Positions 8,504 through 18,004 of a stretch of DNA of 64,000 nt are shown here, piece after piece. The notes under the pieces were generated by a model. It saw only the letters and a program-made list of their open reading frames with translations. It had not been told where the DNA came from and did not search any database. The stretch comes from Patescibacteria group bacterium (GTDB lineage Bacteria; Patescibacteriota; UBA1384; XYA2-FULL-43-10; 1-14-0-10-43-13), in NCBI GenBank assembly GCA_041671645.1, contig JBAZBD010000001.1, positions 337,217 to 401,216 on the forward strand. Reading direction: 5' to 3'. Numbering within the stretch: the first letter of the stretch is position 1; the number at the start of each line of letters is the position of its first letter. A program made the position numbers and the translations under genes.

Positions 8504-9787
8504 ATGAATTCATACAAAACGATCACAAATACCCCAGCGTCTCCAGGCGTATATCGTTTCCTCGATCAAAAGGGGAAGGTTTTGTATTTGGGTAAAGCCA
8601 AAAATCTGAAGAATCGAATTAAGCAATATTTCATGAAAGAGCTTGGTCGCGGGCCAGCGATCGAGATAATGGTCCAGGAAGCTGTTGATATCAAGTGGAT
8701 TGAGACTGATTCTGAGATTGAGGCGGTAATCCTTGAAGCAGAATTGATCAAGAAGCTAAAGCCAAAGTACAACGTACGGCTGAAGGATGACAAGTCATTC
8801 TTGGCAATAAAGATTGCTAAGAGTGGCCATCCTTCGCCAAGGCTACGGTCGGCAGACGGAGAATTCCCATTGGTTGAGCTCGTTCGATTCAAAAATATTG
8901 ATCTCTCCGACAAGACAGCCGACTATTTTGGCCCATATCCGTCTGGATTGTTATTGAAGAAATCCCTGCAATATTTGCGTAAGATCTTTCCATTTCGTGA
9001 TTGTTCGAAGACCAAGTTTAACATTTACAAGCGCAAAGGCCGCCCCTGCATTTACGGTGATATCCGAGTATGCTCTGGCCCATGCAATGAGTGGGTGGAT
9101 GAGAAACAATACGGCAAGAATATCTCATATCTAAAAAGTTTTCTTCGAGGCAAGAAGCAGTTGATTATCGCAAGTCTTGAAAAGGAAATGAACCGATTGA
9201 GCCGCGCCAAAAAATTTGAAGAGGCAGCACTTGTCCGAAATAAATTGGCCGCTTTGAACCATTTGAAAGATGTGGCGATTGGGCTGCGAGATGACGTTTT
9301 CGAGAAGAGAATTATTTTCAAACGGATAGAATGTTATGACATCGCGAATATCGGATCAAAATATGCTGTCGGTTCGATGGTGGTGTTTTCTGACGGTAAA
9401 TCAGACAAAGAAGAGTATAAGAAATTTAAAATTCGTGTGTCGGACGATCAAGAGCAGAGCGATTTGGCTAGGCTAAAGCAGGTGCTTGAGCGAAGATTCG
9501 GGAACAATTGGCCAAAGCCCGATTTGATGGTGATAGACGGAGGGACATTGCAATTAAAGATTGCTCTGGAGGTATTGAAAGATACTGGTTTTGATATTCC
9601 TGTCGTCTCGATTTCCAAGGGACCGAAAAGGCAAAAAAATGATTTTCATTACGGCAATCCTTTCGTGGCTAGCTATCTAGCCGGCAATGATGAAGCCAAA
9701 AATATATTGATCTCGGCTCGCGATGAGGCCCATCGCTTCGCTATCGAGTACTACCGCAAACTCCACCGCAAAGATCTGATCAAATAA
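8504..9787 (+). CDS. uvrC: Excinuclease ABC subunit C, short form lacking the C-terminal (HhH)2 domain
   Basis: N-terminal GIY-YIG (GVYRF..VLYLGKAKNLKNR), a UVR-like helix and a UvrC RNaseH-like endonuclease core. The protein ends at EAHRFAIEYYRK. Confidence 0.75.
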   Translation: MNSYKTITNTPASPGVYRFLDQKGKVLYLGKAKNLKNRIKQYFMKELGRGPAIEIMVQEAVDIKWIETDSEIEAVILEAELIKKLKPKYNVRLKDDKSFLAIKIAKSGHPSPRLRSADGEFPLVELVRFKNIDLSDKTADYFGPYPSGLLLKKSLQYLRKIFPFRDCSKTKFNIYKRKGRPCIYGDIRVCSGPCNEWVDEKQYGKNISYLKSFLRGKKQLIIASLEKEMNRLSRAKKFEEAALVRNKLAALNHLKDVAIGLRDDVFEKRIIFKRIECYDIANIGSKYAVGSMVVFSDGKSDKEEYKKFKIRVSDDQEQSDLARLKQVLERRFGNNWPKPDLMVIDGGTLQLKIALEVLKDTGFDIPVVSISKGPKRQKNDFHYGNPFVASYLAGNDEAKNILISARDEAHRFAIEYYRKLHRKDLIK

Positions 9788-9823
9788 TATTGCTAGCAAT
9801 CTCTATTGTGGTAATATTATTCC

Positions 9824-10840
9824 ATGCTGAAAAAGTTTGCCAAAAATTGGTGGAAGTGGCTTCGGTTTGACCCATCAGACCCGAGATTCAACGCAGGTGG
9901 GGCTATCAAAATTGCGGTCATCGGCGGCGGTACGGGCTTGTCGAATTTACTTCGCGGATTGAAAAAGTACTCTGACCAGATCACAGCGATTGTGGCGGTG
10001 ACTGATGATGGCGCCTCTTCTGGCGAGATCAGGGCGGAATACGATATGTTGCCGCCAGGGGACATCAGAAAATGTATTTCGGCGCTCGCCTACGACGAAG
10101 AATTGGTCGGCAAAGTTTTCGAATACCGTTTCAAGAAGAGACTTTTTGGCGGCCACACCTTGGGCAATATTTGGATTACAGCAATGACGGAGATCGCTGG
10201 CTCATTTGAGAAATCGATCGAGGCGACTTCTAGTATTTTCCAGACCGCCGGTAAGGTATTGCCAGCGACGCTCAATAAGATTGATTTGGTGGCAGATTTC
10301 ACCGACGGTACTGCGATGAGAGGGGAATCAAAGTTCGTCAAAGCTGGCAAGATAATTAGGAAAGTATATTTGTCAGAGAAGGGCGTCAGGGCTTACGCCA
10401 AGGCGACCAAGGCGATCAAGGAGGCGGACCTGATAATTATCGGGCCGGGCAGTCTCTACACTAGTATCATGCCAAACCTTTTGATTTCTGGCCTCAGAAA
10501 TGCGCTCAAGGCGAGTAGTTCAGTAAAAATCTATATTGCAAACTGCTCAACTGAACGTGGAGAGACGGAAAATTATACAGTTGAAGATCATATTAGGGCG
10601 CTGGAGAGCCATGCTGGTGCCAATATATTTGATTACGCTCTTGTCAATTCTCGGGTGCTACGACGTTCGATCAAGAGCGACAAGCTTGGCGAAGTCTATA
10701 ATATCACGACCAAGCAGAAAGAGGTTGGCCGGATAAAAATCGTTCGTGCGGATCTCGTCGATCAGAAGAATCCGCTTTATCATGACCCAAACAAATTGGC
10801 CAAAAAGGTAATTGGATTGTATAATGAAATCAAGCATTAG
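9824..10840 (+). CDS. YvcK / UPF0052 (CofD-like) family protein
   Basis: IAVIGGGTGLSNLLRGL...AIVAVTDDGASSGEIR is the hallmark of the gluconeogenesis-factor YvcK family. Confidence 0.8.
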   Translation: MLKKFAKNWWKWLRFDPSDPRFNAGGAIKIAVIGGGTGLSNLLRGLKKYSDQITAIVAVTDDGASSGEIRAEYDMLPPGDIRKCISALAYDEELVGKVFEYRFKKRLFGGHTLGNIWITAMTEIAGSFEKSIEATSSIFQTAGKVLPATLNKIDLVADFTDGTAMRGESKFVKAGKIIRKVYLSEKGVRAYAKATKAIKEADLIIIGPGSLYTSIMPNLLISGLRNALKASSSVKIYIANCSTERGETENYTVEDHIRALESHAGANIFDYALVNSRVLRRSIKSDKLGEVYNITTKQKEVGRIKIVRADLVDQKNPLYHDPNKLAKKVIGLYNEIKH

Positions 10841-10863
10841 GTCCTAAATCTATTGGAGGAATT

Positions 10864-11607
10864 ATGAAACGTTCTATCATCGTCGGTAATTGGAAGATGT
10901 ATGCGACAAGCATAGCTGACGCTCATGTTTTGGCGACATCGATCAGGAATGGCGTGGCCAAGGTCCCTGGGGTTGAAGTAATTCTCTGTCCGCCCTCGCT
11001 CTGGCTGACTGAAATGGCTCTGATATTGAAGAAAAATCCGACTACGATGCTCGGAGCCCAGAATATGTTTCATGAAATCGAAGGAGCGTTTACCGGAGAA
11101 ATCTCGCCTCTGATGTTGAAAGAAGTTGTAAATTATACGATTATTGGACACTCGGAGCGCCGAGAATATTTCGGCGAAACTGATTTTGATGTCAACGAAA
11201 AAGTTTTGGCCGCTCTTAAGGCCAAGATCACTCCGATAATCTGTGTGGGCGAGCGAAGGACGAAGAACAAGCCGGAAGAACCGGTCAAAGAACTCAAGGA
11301 AGCGTTGGATCATGTTCCCAAGAGCAGACTGAAAGATATTATCGTGGCTTACGAGCCAGTCTGGGCTATCGGCACAGGTGAAAATGCCGAGCCAGAATAT
11401 GTTGCACGGGTGATTAGCAAGCTGCGTGAAATTGTGAGCGATTCTACCCCAATTCTATATGGCGGTAGCGTCAAGTCTAGCAATATCAAAGGCTATGCCG
11501 AGCGTCCAGAAATTGATGGTGTACTGGTCGGCGGTGCTTCGGTCAGAAGTGGAGAATTCATCACAATCTGCAAAACATGGTCAGACGTAAAATCGATTAA
11601 AAAGTAG
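10864..11607 (+). CDS. tpiA: Triosephosphate isomerase
   Basis: GNWKMY, IIGHSERR, AYEPVWAIGTG and YGGSV motifs. Confidence 0.95.
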   Translation: MKRSIIVGNWKMYATSIADAHVLATSIRNGVAKVPGVEVILCPPSLWLTEMALILKKNPTTMLGAQNMFHEIEGAFTGEISPLMLKEVVNYTIIGHSERREYFGETDFDVNEKVLAALKAKITPIICVGERRTKNKPEEPVKELKEALDHVPKSRLKDIIVAYEPVWAIGTGENAEPEYVARVISKLREIVSDSTPILYGGSVKSSNIKGYAERPEIDGVLVGGASVRSGEFITICKTWSDVKSIKK

Positions 11608-11615
11608 GAGAAAGT

Positions 11616-12614
11616 ATGAAAATTGCAATCAATGGCTTCGGACGTATCGGCCGAGCAGTAGCCAAAATCATTACTGAGAGAGAAGGTTTTGATCTAGTCG
11701 CTATCAACGATTTGACTGACGACGCCACCTTGGCTCATCTGCTCAAATATGATTCAAATTATGGTGTTTGGGATCACGAAGTCGGTTACGAAGAGGGCTC
11801 CATTATTATCGACAAACGAAAGATCCACTCATTTGCCCAGAAGAATCCAGCTGAATTACCTTGGAGTGAGCTTGGGATTGATGTAGTTGTAGAGTCGACG
11901 GGATTTTTTCTGACGACCGAAGATGCCAATGCCCATATCAAAGCAGGGGCGAAGAAGGTGGTCATGTCCGCACCGCCAAAGGATGAGACTCCGATGTTTG
12001 TGATGAGCGTAAACGCTGATGATTACAAAGGTGAAGAGATAATTTCAAATGCTTCATGTACGACGAATTGTATTACTCCTGTGATGAAAGTTCTCGAGGA
12101 CGAATTTGGGATCGAAAAATCATTGATGACGACGATTCACTCATATACTGCAGACCAAAATTTGGTTGATGGCCCACACAAAGATCTGCGTCGCGCCCGA
12201 GCGGCTGCTTGCAATATTGTCCCGACCTCAACTGGCGCGGCCAAAGCTGCTTTCAAGACTATTCCAGAGCTCAAAGGCAAATTTGATGGTTTGGCAGTAC
12301 GTGTACCGACACCAGTAGTTTCACTCTCGGATATCGTGGCAGTGCTGAAGAAGGACGTCACTGCCGAAGAGGTGAATAGGGCGTTCAAGAAGGCAGAAGA
12401 GGAGAAAATGAAGGGAATTCTGGGCACGACTGATGAGCCACTCGTTTCTTCTGACTTTATCGCCACGAAATTTTCCTCGGTTGTTGATCTCTCTCTGACA
12501 CAGGTTGTCGGAGGAAATTTGGTCAAAATTATAGCTTGGTATGACAACGAGTGGGGTTATTCGGAGAGACTTGTGGACATGATTGAAGTAGCCAACAGCA
12601 AATCAAAAAATTAG
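11616..12614 (+). CDS. gap: Glyceraldehyde-3-phosphate dehydrogenase
   Basis: INGFGRIGR NAD-binding motif and ASCTTNC active-site cysteine. Confidence 0.95.
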   Translation: MKIAINGFGRIGRAVAKIITEREGFDLVAINDLTDDATLAHLLKYDSNYGVWDHEVGYEEGSIIIDKRKIHSFAQKNPAELPWSELGIDVVVESTGFFLTTEDANAHIKAGAKKVVMSAPPKDETPMFVMSVNADDYKGEEIISNASCTTNCITPVMKVLEDEFGIEKSLMTTIHSYTADQNLVDGPHKDLRRARAAACNIVPTSTGAAKAAFKTIPELKGKFDGLAVRVPTPVVSLSDIVAVLKKDVTAEEVNRAFKKAEEEKMKGILGTTDEPLVSSDFIATKFSSVVDLSLTQVVGGNLVKIIAWYDNEWGYSERLVDMIEVANSKSKN

Positions 12615-12661
12615 AAATTAGAGCAATTAGAAATTAGGAATTTAACTCCAAAGGAGTTCAG

Positions 12662-12889
12662 GTGTGTCTTGCAATCCCAGGGAAAATTAAAAAAATTGAT
12701 GGTGTCAAAGCCTATTTTGATTATGACAAGAAAGAGTACGAAGCAGATATTTCACTAGCCCCTGAGGTAGAAAAAGGGGATTGGATATTGATGCATGATG
12801 GCCGAGCGCTATCAAAGATTACTGAGAAAGAAGCGCTTGAGAATCTGGAATTTATCAAAACCCATGAGGGGATGGAGTGTTTGCTCTAG
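12662..12889 (+). CDS. hypC: [NiFe] hydrogenase maturation chaperone HypC
   Basis: GTG start, 75 aa beginning MCLAIPGKI (HypC MC(L/I)(A/G)(I/V)P motif). RBS aaggag. Immediately downstream of gap. Confidence 0.8.
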   Translation: MCLAIPGKIKKIDGVKAYFDYDKKEYEADISLAPEVEKGDWILMHDGRALSKITEKEALENLEFIKTHEGMECLL

Positions 12890-12974
12890 GCCGCTATAAA
12901 GGTTTTATTTGATCTCGATTAAACACCTCATATATATGCCTGCCCGCCTTTGGAGGGAGGTGTTTGTGTTACAA

Positions 12975-13003
12975 ATAAAAAACCGCTGAGATTTCAGCGG
13001 TTT
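12975..13003. terminator. Bidirectional intrinsic terminator
   Basis: aaaaaaccgctgagatttcagcggtttct with stem aaccgctga/tcagcggtt, flanked by A/T runs. Lies between the convergent hypC and the 13009..13746 gene. Confidence 0.7.
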
Positions 13004-13008
13004 CTGAT

Positions 13009-13746
13009 TTATCTGCTATTTTGTTGTTCTGGTCTCGGACGGAGTCTTTTGTAGAGGGGAAGAGGTTGGCAATCTGTCCCTTGCCTTTCCTGATTGAGCG
13101 GATCGCCATCCCACAATTTGATAAGGAAATGCCAGATAGTGCCAAGCGGACCAGCGATTGCCATGAGCGTGCTGAAATCGTCCTCAGAGTCGAACTGTTT
13201 CTCGTAGGTTTGACCTTGAACGATAACTGCCCACATCCATAAAAGGATTATGGCGATTATCCACCGAAACAGTGCGAAGACGCCAAACGGTGGATAGGCT
13301 CCGCAGGCCCAGCCGATGATCAGCCAATAAACACCGAAGACCACGATCCCAACGGCGATGGTAGCGATTCGATTGAGCAGCCCTCTCCACGGATAGAGAA
13401 GATTTTGCGCAATTGCGCACCAGCCGCTCAAATATCCGCCTGACCAGTTGAATCCGATCTGTCCTGCGATAGATTGCACCAATAGGTAACAGGGTAGGAT
13501 GACCGGGGCGGTCAAGGGAAGAAAAAATCGGTCAGTCAGGCCAGCGTTCAACTGGCGGTCATAGTCGTATATTCCGACCATGAGCGTTACGGTGACGAAC
13601 CAGATCGCTATCAGCGCGATAGTCTTGGAATACCATTGCTGGTATTCTGGGAGTAGACTGCCTTGGCAGTAAAACAAAGCCAGGGCATAGCTTGTCATTA
13701 ATATGACAAACAGGAACAAAGCAAGAAGTCTTCTAAGCCAAACCAT
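13009..13746 (-). CDS. Integral membrane protein (hypothetical)
   Basis: Multiple hydrophobic helices. Start chosen at MVWLRRLL with RBS aaggaga (the track ORF extends to 13794). Confidence 0.55.
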   Translation of the reverse strand: MVWLRRLLALFLFVILMTSYALALFYCQGSLLPEYQQWYSKTIALIAIWFVTVTLMVGIYDYDRQLNAGLTDRFFLPLTAPVILPCYLLVQSIAGQIGFNWSGGYLSGWCAIAQNLLYPWRGLLNRIATIAVGIVVFGVYWLIIGWACGAYPPFGVFALFRWIIAIILLWMWAVIVQGQTYEKQFDSEDDFSTLMAIAGPLGTIWHFLIKLWDGDPLNQERQGTDCQPLPLYKRLRPRPEQQNSR

Positions 13747-13916
13747 ATTTCTGTCTCCTTTGGTCGAAGCGTTTCGTTGAGAGCATAGTAGCACAAATTA
13801 GGAGTTTTGGGAAGAATGTGGCGTAATATGGCGAATACTTTGTCTTTCATTGTGGCTGGGAGGATGACGGGGTATAATAGAAGCAGGGAATTAACTAATA
13901 AAACGGAAGGGACATT

Positions 13917-14288
13917 ATGGGTTTGAAAGAATTGCTCAAAGGAGCTGTCGAAGGTACTGGGGAAGTAGCAGAGTCGTTAATGACGGCGGTCACTGGAGTC
14001 CTCAAAGAGGGCACAGAGGACGTTGCCAATATATTTGGTGCTGTGATCGAATTGGGTAAAGATGGCGTAGTGGACGTTAGCGAAGCGGTCAGAGATGTCT
14101 ATGTCAGCGCAGTCAAATCATTGACTGATTCAGGCAAGACGACAGAGGAAGCGGTTGCAGAAGTTACGACCAAGGCAGAAGAAGCAGTCAAGAATATCGG
14201 CACAGAGGGCATGGCTACAATCGGCGAAGCCGCCAAGAAGGGTATCGAAGAGGCCAAAGGCATCGTCAAAGAGCCATTTGCAAAATAA
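13917..14288 (+). CDS. Hypothetical acidic protein (123 aa)
   Basis: Good RBS context. Ala/Glu/Lys-rich repetitive sequence. Terminator hairpin at 14313..14342. Confidence 0.5.
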   Translation: MGLKELLKGAVEGTGEVAESLMTAVTGVLKEGTEDVANIFGAVIELGKDGVVDVSEAVRDVYVSAVKSLTDSGKTTEEAVAEVTTKAEEAVKNIGTEGMATIGEAAKKGIEEAKGIVKEPFAK

Positions 14289-14352
14289 ATTTAGTTTATT
14301 TTAGGTTCCACAAAAATAGAAGCATGAAAGTGCTTCTATTTTTATTTGGAGT

Positions 14353-15147
14353 TTAGACGTCTTTTTTGTTGAAGATTATTACCGATCCCGTAAGCCCGAT
14401 CAAAAATATTCCAGCCAAAACTATCAAATTGCTTAGATTCAATTCACCGGTTTGCAAGATTTTTTGAGGATCATAGAGATGGAATATAGAAAGGTAATCT
14501 AGGTCCTTGATACTGTCAACCATTCTGGTCAAGGATAGGAAAACATATGAAGCGAGACCAAACATAACGACTGCTAGCATCACGCTCATTTTCGAACGGA
14601 GAAAAGAGGAGAGAAAAATCCCAATACCGTAGAATGCCCAGACAAAAAGGGTGACAAAAGCGGAGAAGGCGAGCAGACCTGTGATTTTGAATTCAGCATT
14701 GAATATTTTGCCAAAAACAAACATTGAAAGTGCTGTAGCTAAGACAATACCCATAGAGTATAGTAGGGCAATCACTGATTGTGAGATAACGAACTTCGTG
14801 CGAGGAATAGGCTGAGATAGATTGAAATCCATAGTCTTCTTTTCAATTTGCCCAGCAATAGCTGACCCTGCAGCGCTACCGACATAGAAAAGCACAATCA
14901 ATATAAAGAAGAAAGATAGAAATTCCATGGAGAGGTAGCCCTCGATCGAGGTGTAGGCCGAAGTAAGATCGTTACCAAAAAATTTTGTGAATTGCTCAGG
15001 CATCTGCGACATCATTGCCTTGATGTCCATCTTTTGGAGGGAGGGGAAGAGGCTAATCATCAGAAGACAATAGGCAGAAATTCCAATTATGTATATTAGA
15101 ACACTGTTTTTTTGCTCAGTAAATTGTCGTTTAATAATATTCCACAT
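14353..15147 (-). CDS. ABC-2 type transporter permease
   Basis: Six predicted TM helices. Start MWNIIKRQ overlaps the ATPase stop (ATGA-like coupling). The track ORF 14353..15261 is an out-of-frame N-terminal over-extension. Confidence 0.75.
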   Translation of the reverse strand: MWNIIKRQFTEQKNSVLIYIIGISAYCLLMISLFPSLQKMDIKAMMSQMPEQFTKFFGNDLTSAYTSIEGYLSMEFLSFFFILIVLFYVGSAAGSAIAGQIEKKTMDFNLSQPIPRTKFVISQSVIALLYSMGIVLATALSMFVFGKIFNAEFKITGLLAFSAFVTLFVWAFYGIGIFLSSFLRSKMSVMLAVVMFGLASYVFLSLTRMVDSIKDLDYLSIFHLYDPQKILQTGELNLSNLIVLAGIFLIGLTGSVIIFNKKDV

Positions 15148-15148
15148 A

Positions 15149-16036
15149 TCAATGTTTCTCGTAATAATGCAAAAATATTTCTTCGAGCGATGGCTCAGAA
15201 ATTTTAAAGTCAGAAATCTTGAATTTGGAGAGTGATCGGATAATCTCGGCGTTCTTGCCACTGGTGGTCAAGCGATAGCCTGAAGTTGTGCGTTCAATCT
15301 TCTTGACCCCTGGAATCTTCAAATTCGATAGGGGGAGTGATTCGGAGGTCTCGAGGGAAATTGTCCGAATATTCTTTTCTCTAAAGGCGTCAATGTTTTC
15401 TATAGCCAATAGTTTGCCGTTTTTTATAATGCCGACACGGTCACAAATTTTCTCGGCTTCCTGCAAGATATGGGTTGAGAAGAAAGTGGTCGTCCCCCAT
15501 CTCTTGGTATCTTCGATGGTGTTATAAAATTCGGTTTGATTGATCGGGTCAAGCCCGCTGGTCGGCTCGTCCAAAATCAGCAGTTTTGGTTTGTGCATCA
15601 GAGCCAAGACGATTGCTAGTTTCTGTTTGTTCCCCTTGGAGTAATCCCCGACCTTCTTCCTAAGGTCCAGCCCAAACCTGTCGATTAGTCTTTTGATATA
15701 TTTCTCATCGAGATTTGATTTGAAGCCCTTATAGTAATTCAAGCAATCATGTCCGTGCATCGCTTCTGGCAGAAAGATTTCTCCTGGCAAGAATCCAATC
15801 TGCTGGCGGATGGCGACAGTATCTTTGTGGCAATCAAGACCGAGAATAGAAGCCTTGCCAGAAGTCGGCCTGATCAGATCCAAGAGCAAACGGATTGTGG
15901 TCGACTTCCCTGCTCCATTTGGTCCGATGAAGCCAAAAATTTCGCCCTCGTTGACGCTGATATCTAGGTCTTTCACCCCGATGACTTTGCCGCGGGTATA
16001 ATATTTGGTCAAATTTTTGGTCTCAATCGCTTGCAT
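15149..16036 (-). CDS. ABC transporter ATP-binding protein
   Basis: Walker A GPNGAGKST, signature-like YSKGNKQKL, Walker B LLILDEPTSGLD. Confidence 0.9.
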   Translation of the reverse strand: MQAIETKNLTKYYTRGKVIGVKDLDISVNEGEIFGFIGPNGAGKSTTIRLLLDLIRPTSGKASILGLDCHKDTVAIRQQIGFLPGEIFLPEAMHGHDCLNYYKGFKSNLDEKYIKRLIDRFGLDLRKKVGDYSKGNKQKLAIVLALMHKPKLLILDEPTSGLDPINQTEFYNTIEDTKRWGTTTFFSTHILQEAEKICDRVGIIKNGKLLAIENIDAFREKNIRTISLETSESLPLSNLKIPGVKKIERTTSGYRLTTSGKNAEIIRSLSKFKISDFKISEPSLEEIFLHYYEKH

Positions 16037-16073
16037 AATATTATTATACTACAATTATATTTTTTGTTTCCAA

Positions 16074-17315
16074 TTAATGCGTGGCGCAGGTGATGCAGGG
16101 ATCGTACGAACGGATCAGCATCTCGATCATGGCCGTTCTCTCATCTGGCCGAAGTTTGGCCAGAATTGGTCCGATTTTCTTCATATCAGATTCTAGGGCG
16201 GGGAGGCTTTGGACGGTCGGTGTGACAATGTCACACTTTTTGATGAATCCCTCTTTGTCCAATTCGTAATAGTGAAAAAGCGTACCGCGAGGAGCTTCAC
16301 AGGCGGAGGTGCCTTTCCCGAACTTCTTGGGCTCGACTAATTTCTCTTCCTTGACCCCGTCACTGATTATTTTTTTCAATATTTCGATCGAGAGTTCGAC
16401 GAAATAATAATTTTCGATCGCTTGGGCGATAATATTATCGAACGGATTAGTGAAAGGAAGCTTAATCTTAAATTCTTTTAGCAATTTACCCACTTGCTCA
16501 CTCGGTAGACCATTTAAATTCATACGTGCAATCGCTCCGACCATGATAGTTTTGCCTTTCAATGTGGCAAATTTTGCTCGAGTGTAGGGCTTCAGTTTTT
16601 CAACAAGATATTCAGAATACAACTCTGGAGCGAAAGCTTTTCTTTTTGAAGCGCGGATATTACCTTCATAAAAAGCGTATTCTCCCTTTGACTCAAGGGC
16701 GCTATAGATCATCTCGCGCTCAACCTTGGGATATTTGAAACTCTTAAATAGCGCTACAGTTTGCTCTGCAATTTCCAAAATATCAGCAGAAGAGTCCAGC
16801 AATTCTTTCAGCTTATTTTTCGTCGGGTATGACTTAAATCCGCCGGGGACGGAGGCGATAGGGTGAACGGCTCGTCCGCCGATCGTCTCGATGATTTTAT
16901 CAGCGTAACGCTTGAGCTCGATGGCGTTCTTGAACAGTTCAGGATGATTTTTTTGCAATTCAAAAGACGAACTAGATCCAACAAAATCAGGCAGTACGAG
17001 GAGATAGAGGTGGAGGGAGTGGCTTTGAATCATTTGGCCAGCCAGCATCAATTTTCTAAGCGTTTTGGTCTGCTCTGTGACCTCAATTCCACAGGCGGCC
17101 TCAATGGCTCGATTGGCAGTAGTATTGTGGATAGTCGGGCAAATGCCACAGATTCTCGAAGTTATAATCGGCGCCTCCCAATATTGGCGGCCAACCAAAA
17201 TTTTCTCAACAAAACGGTCGTTCTCAAGCCCGATCATCCTAGCTTTGTCGACCTGTCCGCTTTTCAGGTGGGTATAAAACGCGGCATGGCCCTCAATTTT
17301 TGGTACTGATTCCAT
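16074..17315 (-). CDS. hydA: [NiFe] hydrogenase large (alpha) subunit, group 3b-like
   Basis: N-terminal RICGICPTIH and C-terminal DPCITCATH nickel-binding motifs. About 413 aa as in group 3 enzymes. The ORF ends at the final His with no C-terminal extension. Confidence 0.9.
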   Translation of the reverse strand: MESVPKIEGHAAFYTHLKSGQVDKARMIGLENDRFVEKILVGRQYWEAPIITSRICGICPTIHNTTANRAIEAACGIEVTEQTKTLRKLMLAGQMIQSHSLHLYLLVLPDFVGSSSSFELQKNHPELFKNAIELKRYADKIIETIGGRAVHPIASVPGGFKSYPTKNKLKELLDSSADILEIAEQTVALFKSFKYPKVEREMIYSALESKGEYAFYEGNIRASKRKAFAPELYSEYLVEKLKPYTRAKFATLKGKTIMVGAIARMNLNGLPSEQVGKLLKEFKIKLPFTNPFDNIIAQAIENYYFVELSIEILKKIISDGVKEEKLVEPKKFGKGTSACEAPRGTLFHYYELDKEGFIKKCDIVTPTVQSLPALESDMKKIGPILAKLRPDERTAMIEMLIRSYDPCITCATH

Positions 17316-18004
17316 TATTTTAATTCTCCGTAGATTGTCATCATATTTTCCATTTCTTTTTTGCCAATCATTGGCTCCAAGATTTGCTTCAGTTTTTCAA
17401 TATTTGGCTCGGGAATTGTGCCGCGGCAACCTAGACAGGCTTCGCCATTGTTTACACATACAGAATTGCAACCCATGCGGGTGATCGGGCCGAGGCAGGG
17501 CTTGCCCTGCTTGATCAGGCATTCATTGCCATTTTCACGACAAACGAAGCAGACAGCGAGGTCGGGGAGGACGAAGGTTTTGCCCCAATAAATGTCCATC
17601 AAGCATTTGAAAAGTTCTTTGGCTCGGATTGGACAGCCGGGGATTATATAGTCGACTTTGACCACGTCCAATACTGTTTGGACCTTGGCTTTGTCGATCG
17701 ATTTCCTGGGTTTGCTATTTCTTTCCGACTGAATTCCTCCGAGATGAGCGCATGCGCCAAGAGCGATTACAATATCGGAATGACGGCGAATATTTTTCAA
17801 AAATTTAATCTGTCTTTCCCCGTCTGGGCTTCCTTCTACAATGGCGACGTCAAATGGGCCTTCAAAATTGTCCTCTTGGCCAAGGCGGAAATTTTTCAAA
17901 TCGTAAAATTGGAGAATTTTGTTGAACTCTTCATAATGATTGAGCATCTCAAACTGGCATCCTTCGCAACTAGTCAAACTAAAAATCGCTAGCGTTTTTT
18001 TCAT
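17315..18004 (-). CDS. hydD: [NiFe] hydrogenase small (delta) subunit
   Basis: LTSCEGCQ proximal cluster motif, GCPIRAKE and further Cys clusters. 1 nt overlap with hydA. Confidence 0.85.
   Translation of the reverse strand: MKKTLAIFSLTSCEGCQFEMLNHYEEFNKILQFYDLKNFRLGQEDNFEGPFDVAIVEGSPDGERQIKFLKNIRRHSDIVIALGACAHLGGIQSERNSKPRKSIDKAKVQTVLDVVKVDYIIPGCPIRAKELFKCLMDIYWGKTFVLPDLAVCFVCRENGNECLIKQGKPCLGPITRMGCNSVCVNNGEACLGCRGTIPEPNIEKLKQILEPMIGKKEMENMMTIYGELK

Noticed and set aside
14353-15261. Over-long ORF calls (14353..15261, 31515..32123, 32000..33280, 46545..47567, 47546..47965, 48066..48467, 48251..49321)
   Set aside because: Each has upstream in-frame sequence overlapping the preceding gene without an RBS. 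Internal starts with good RBS and homology-consistent N-termini were used instead.
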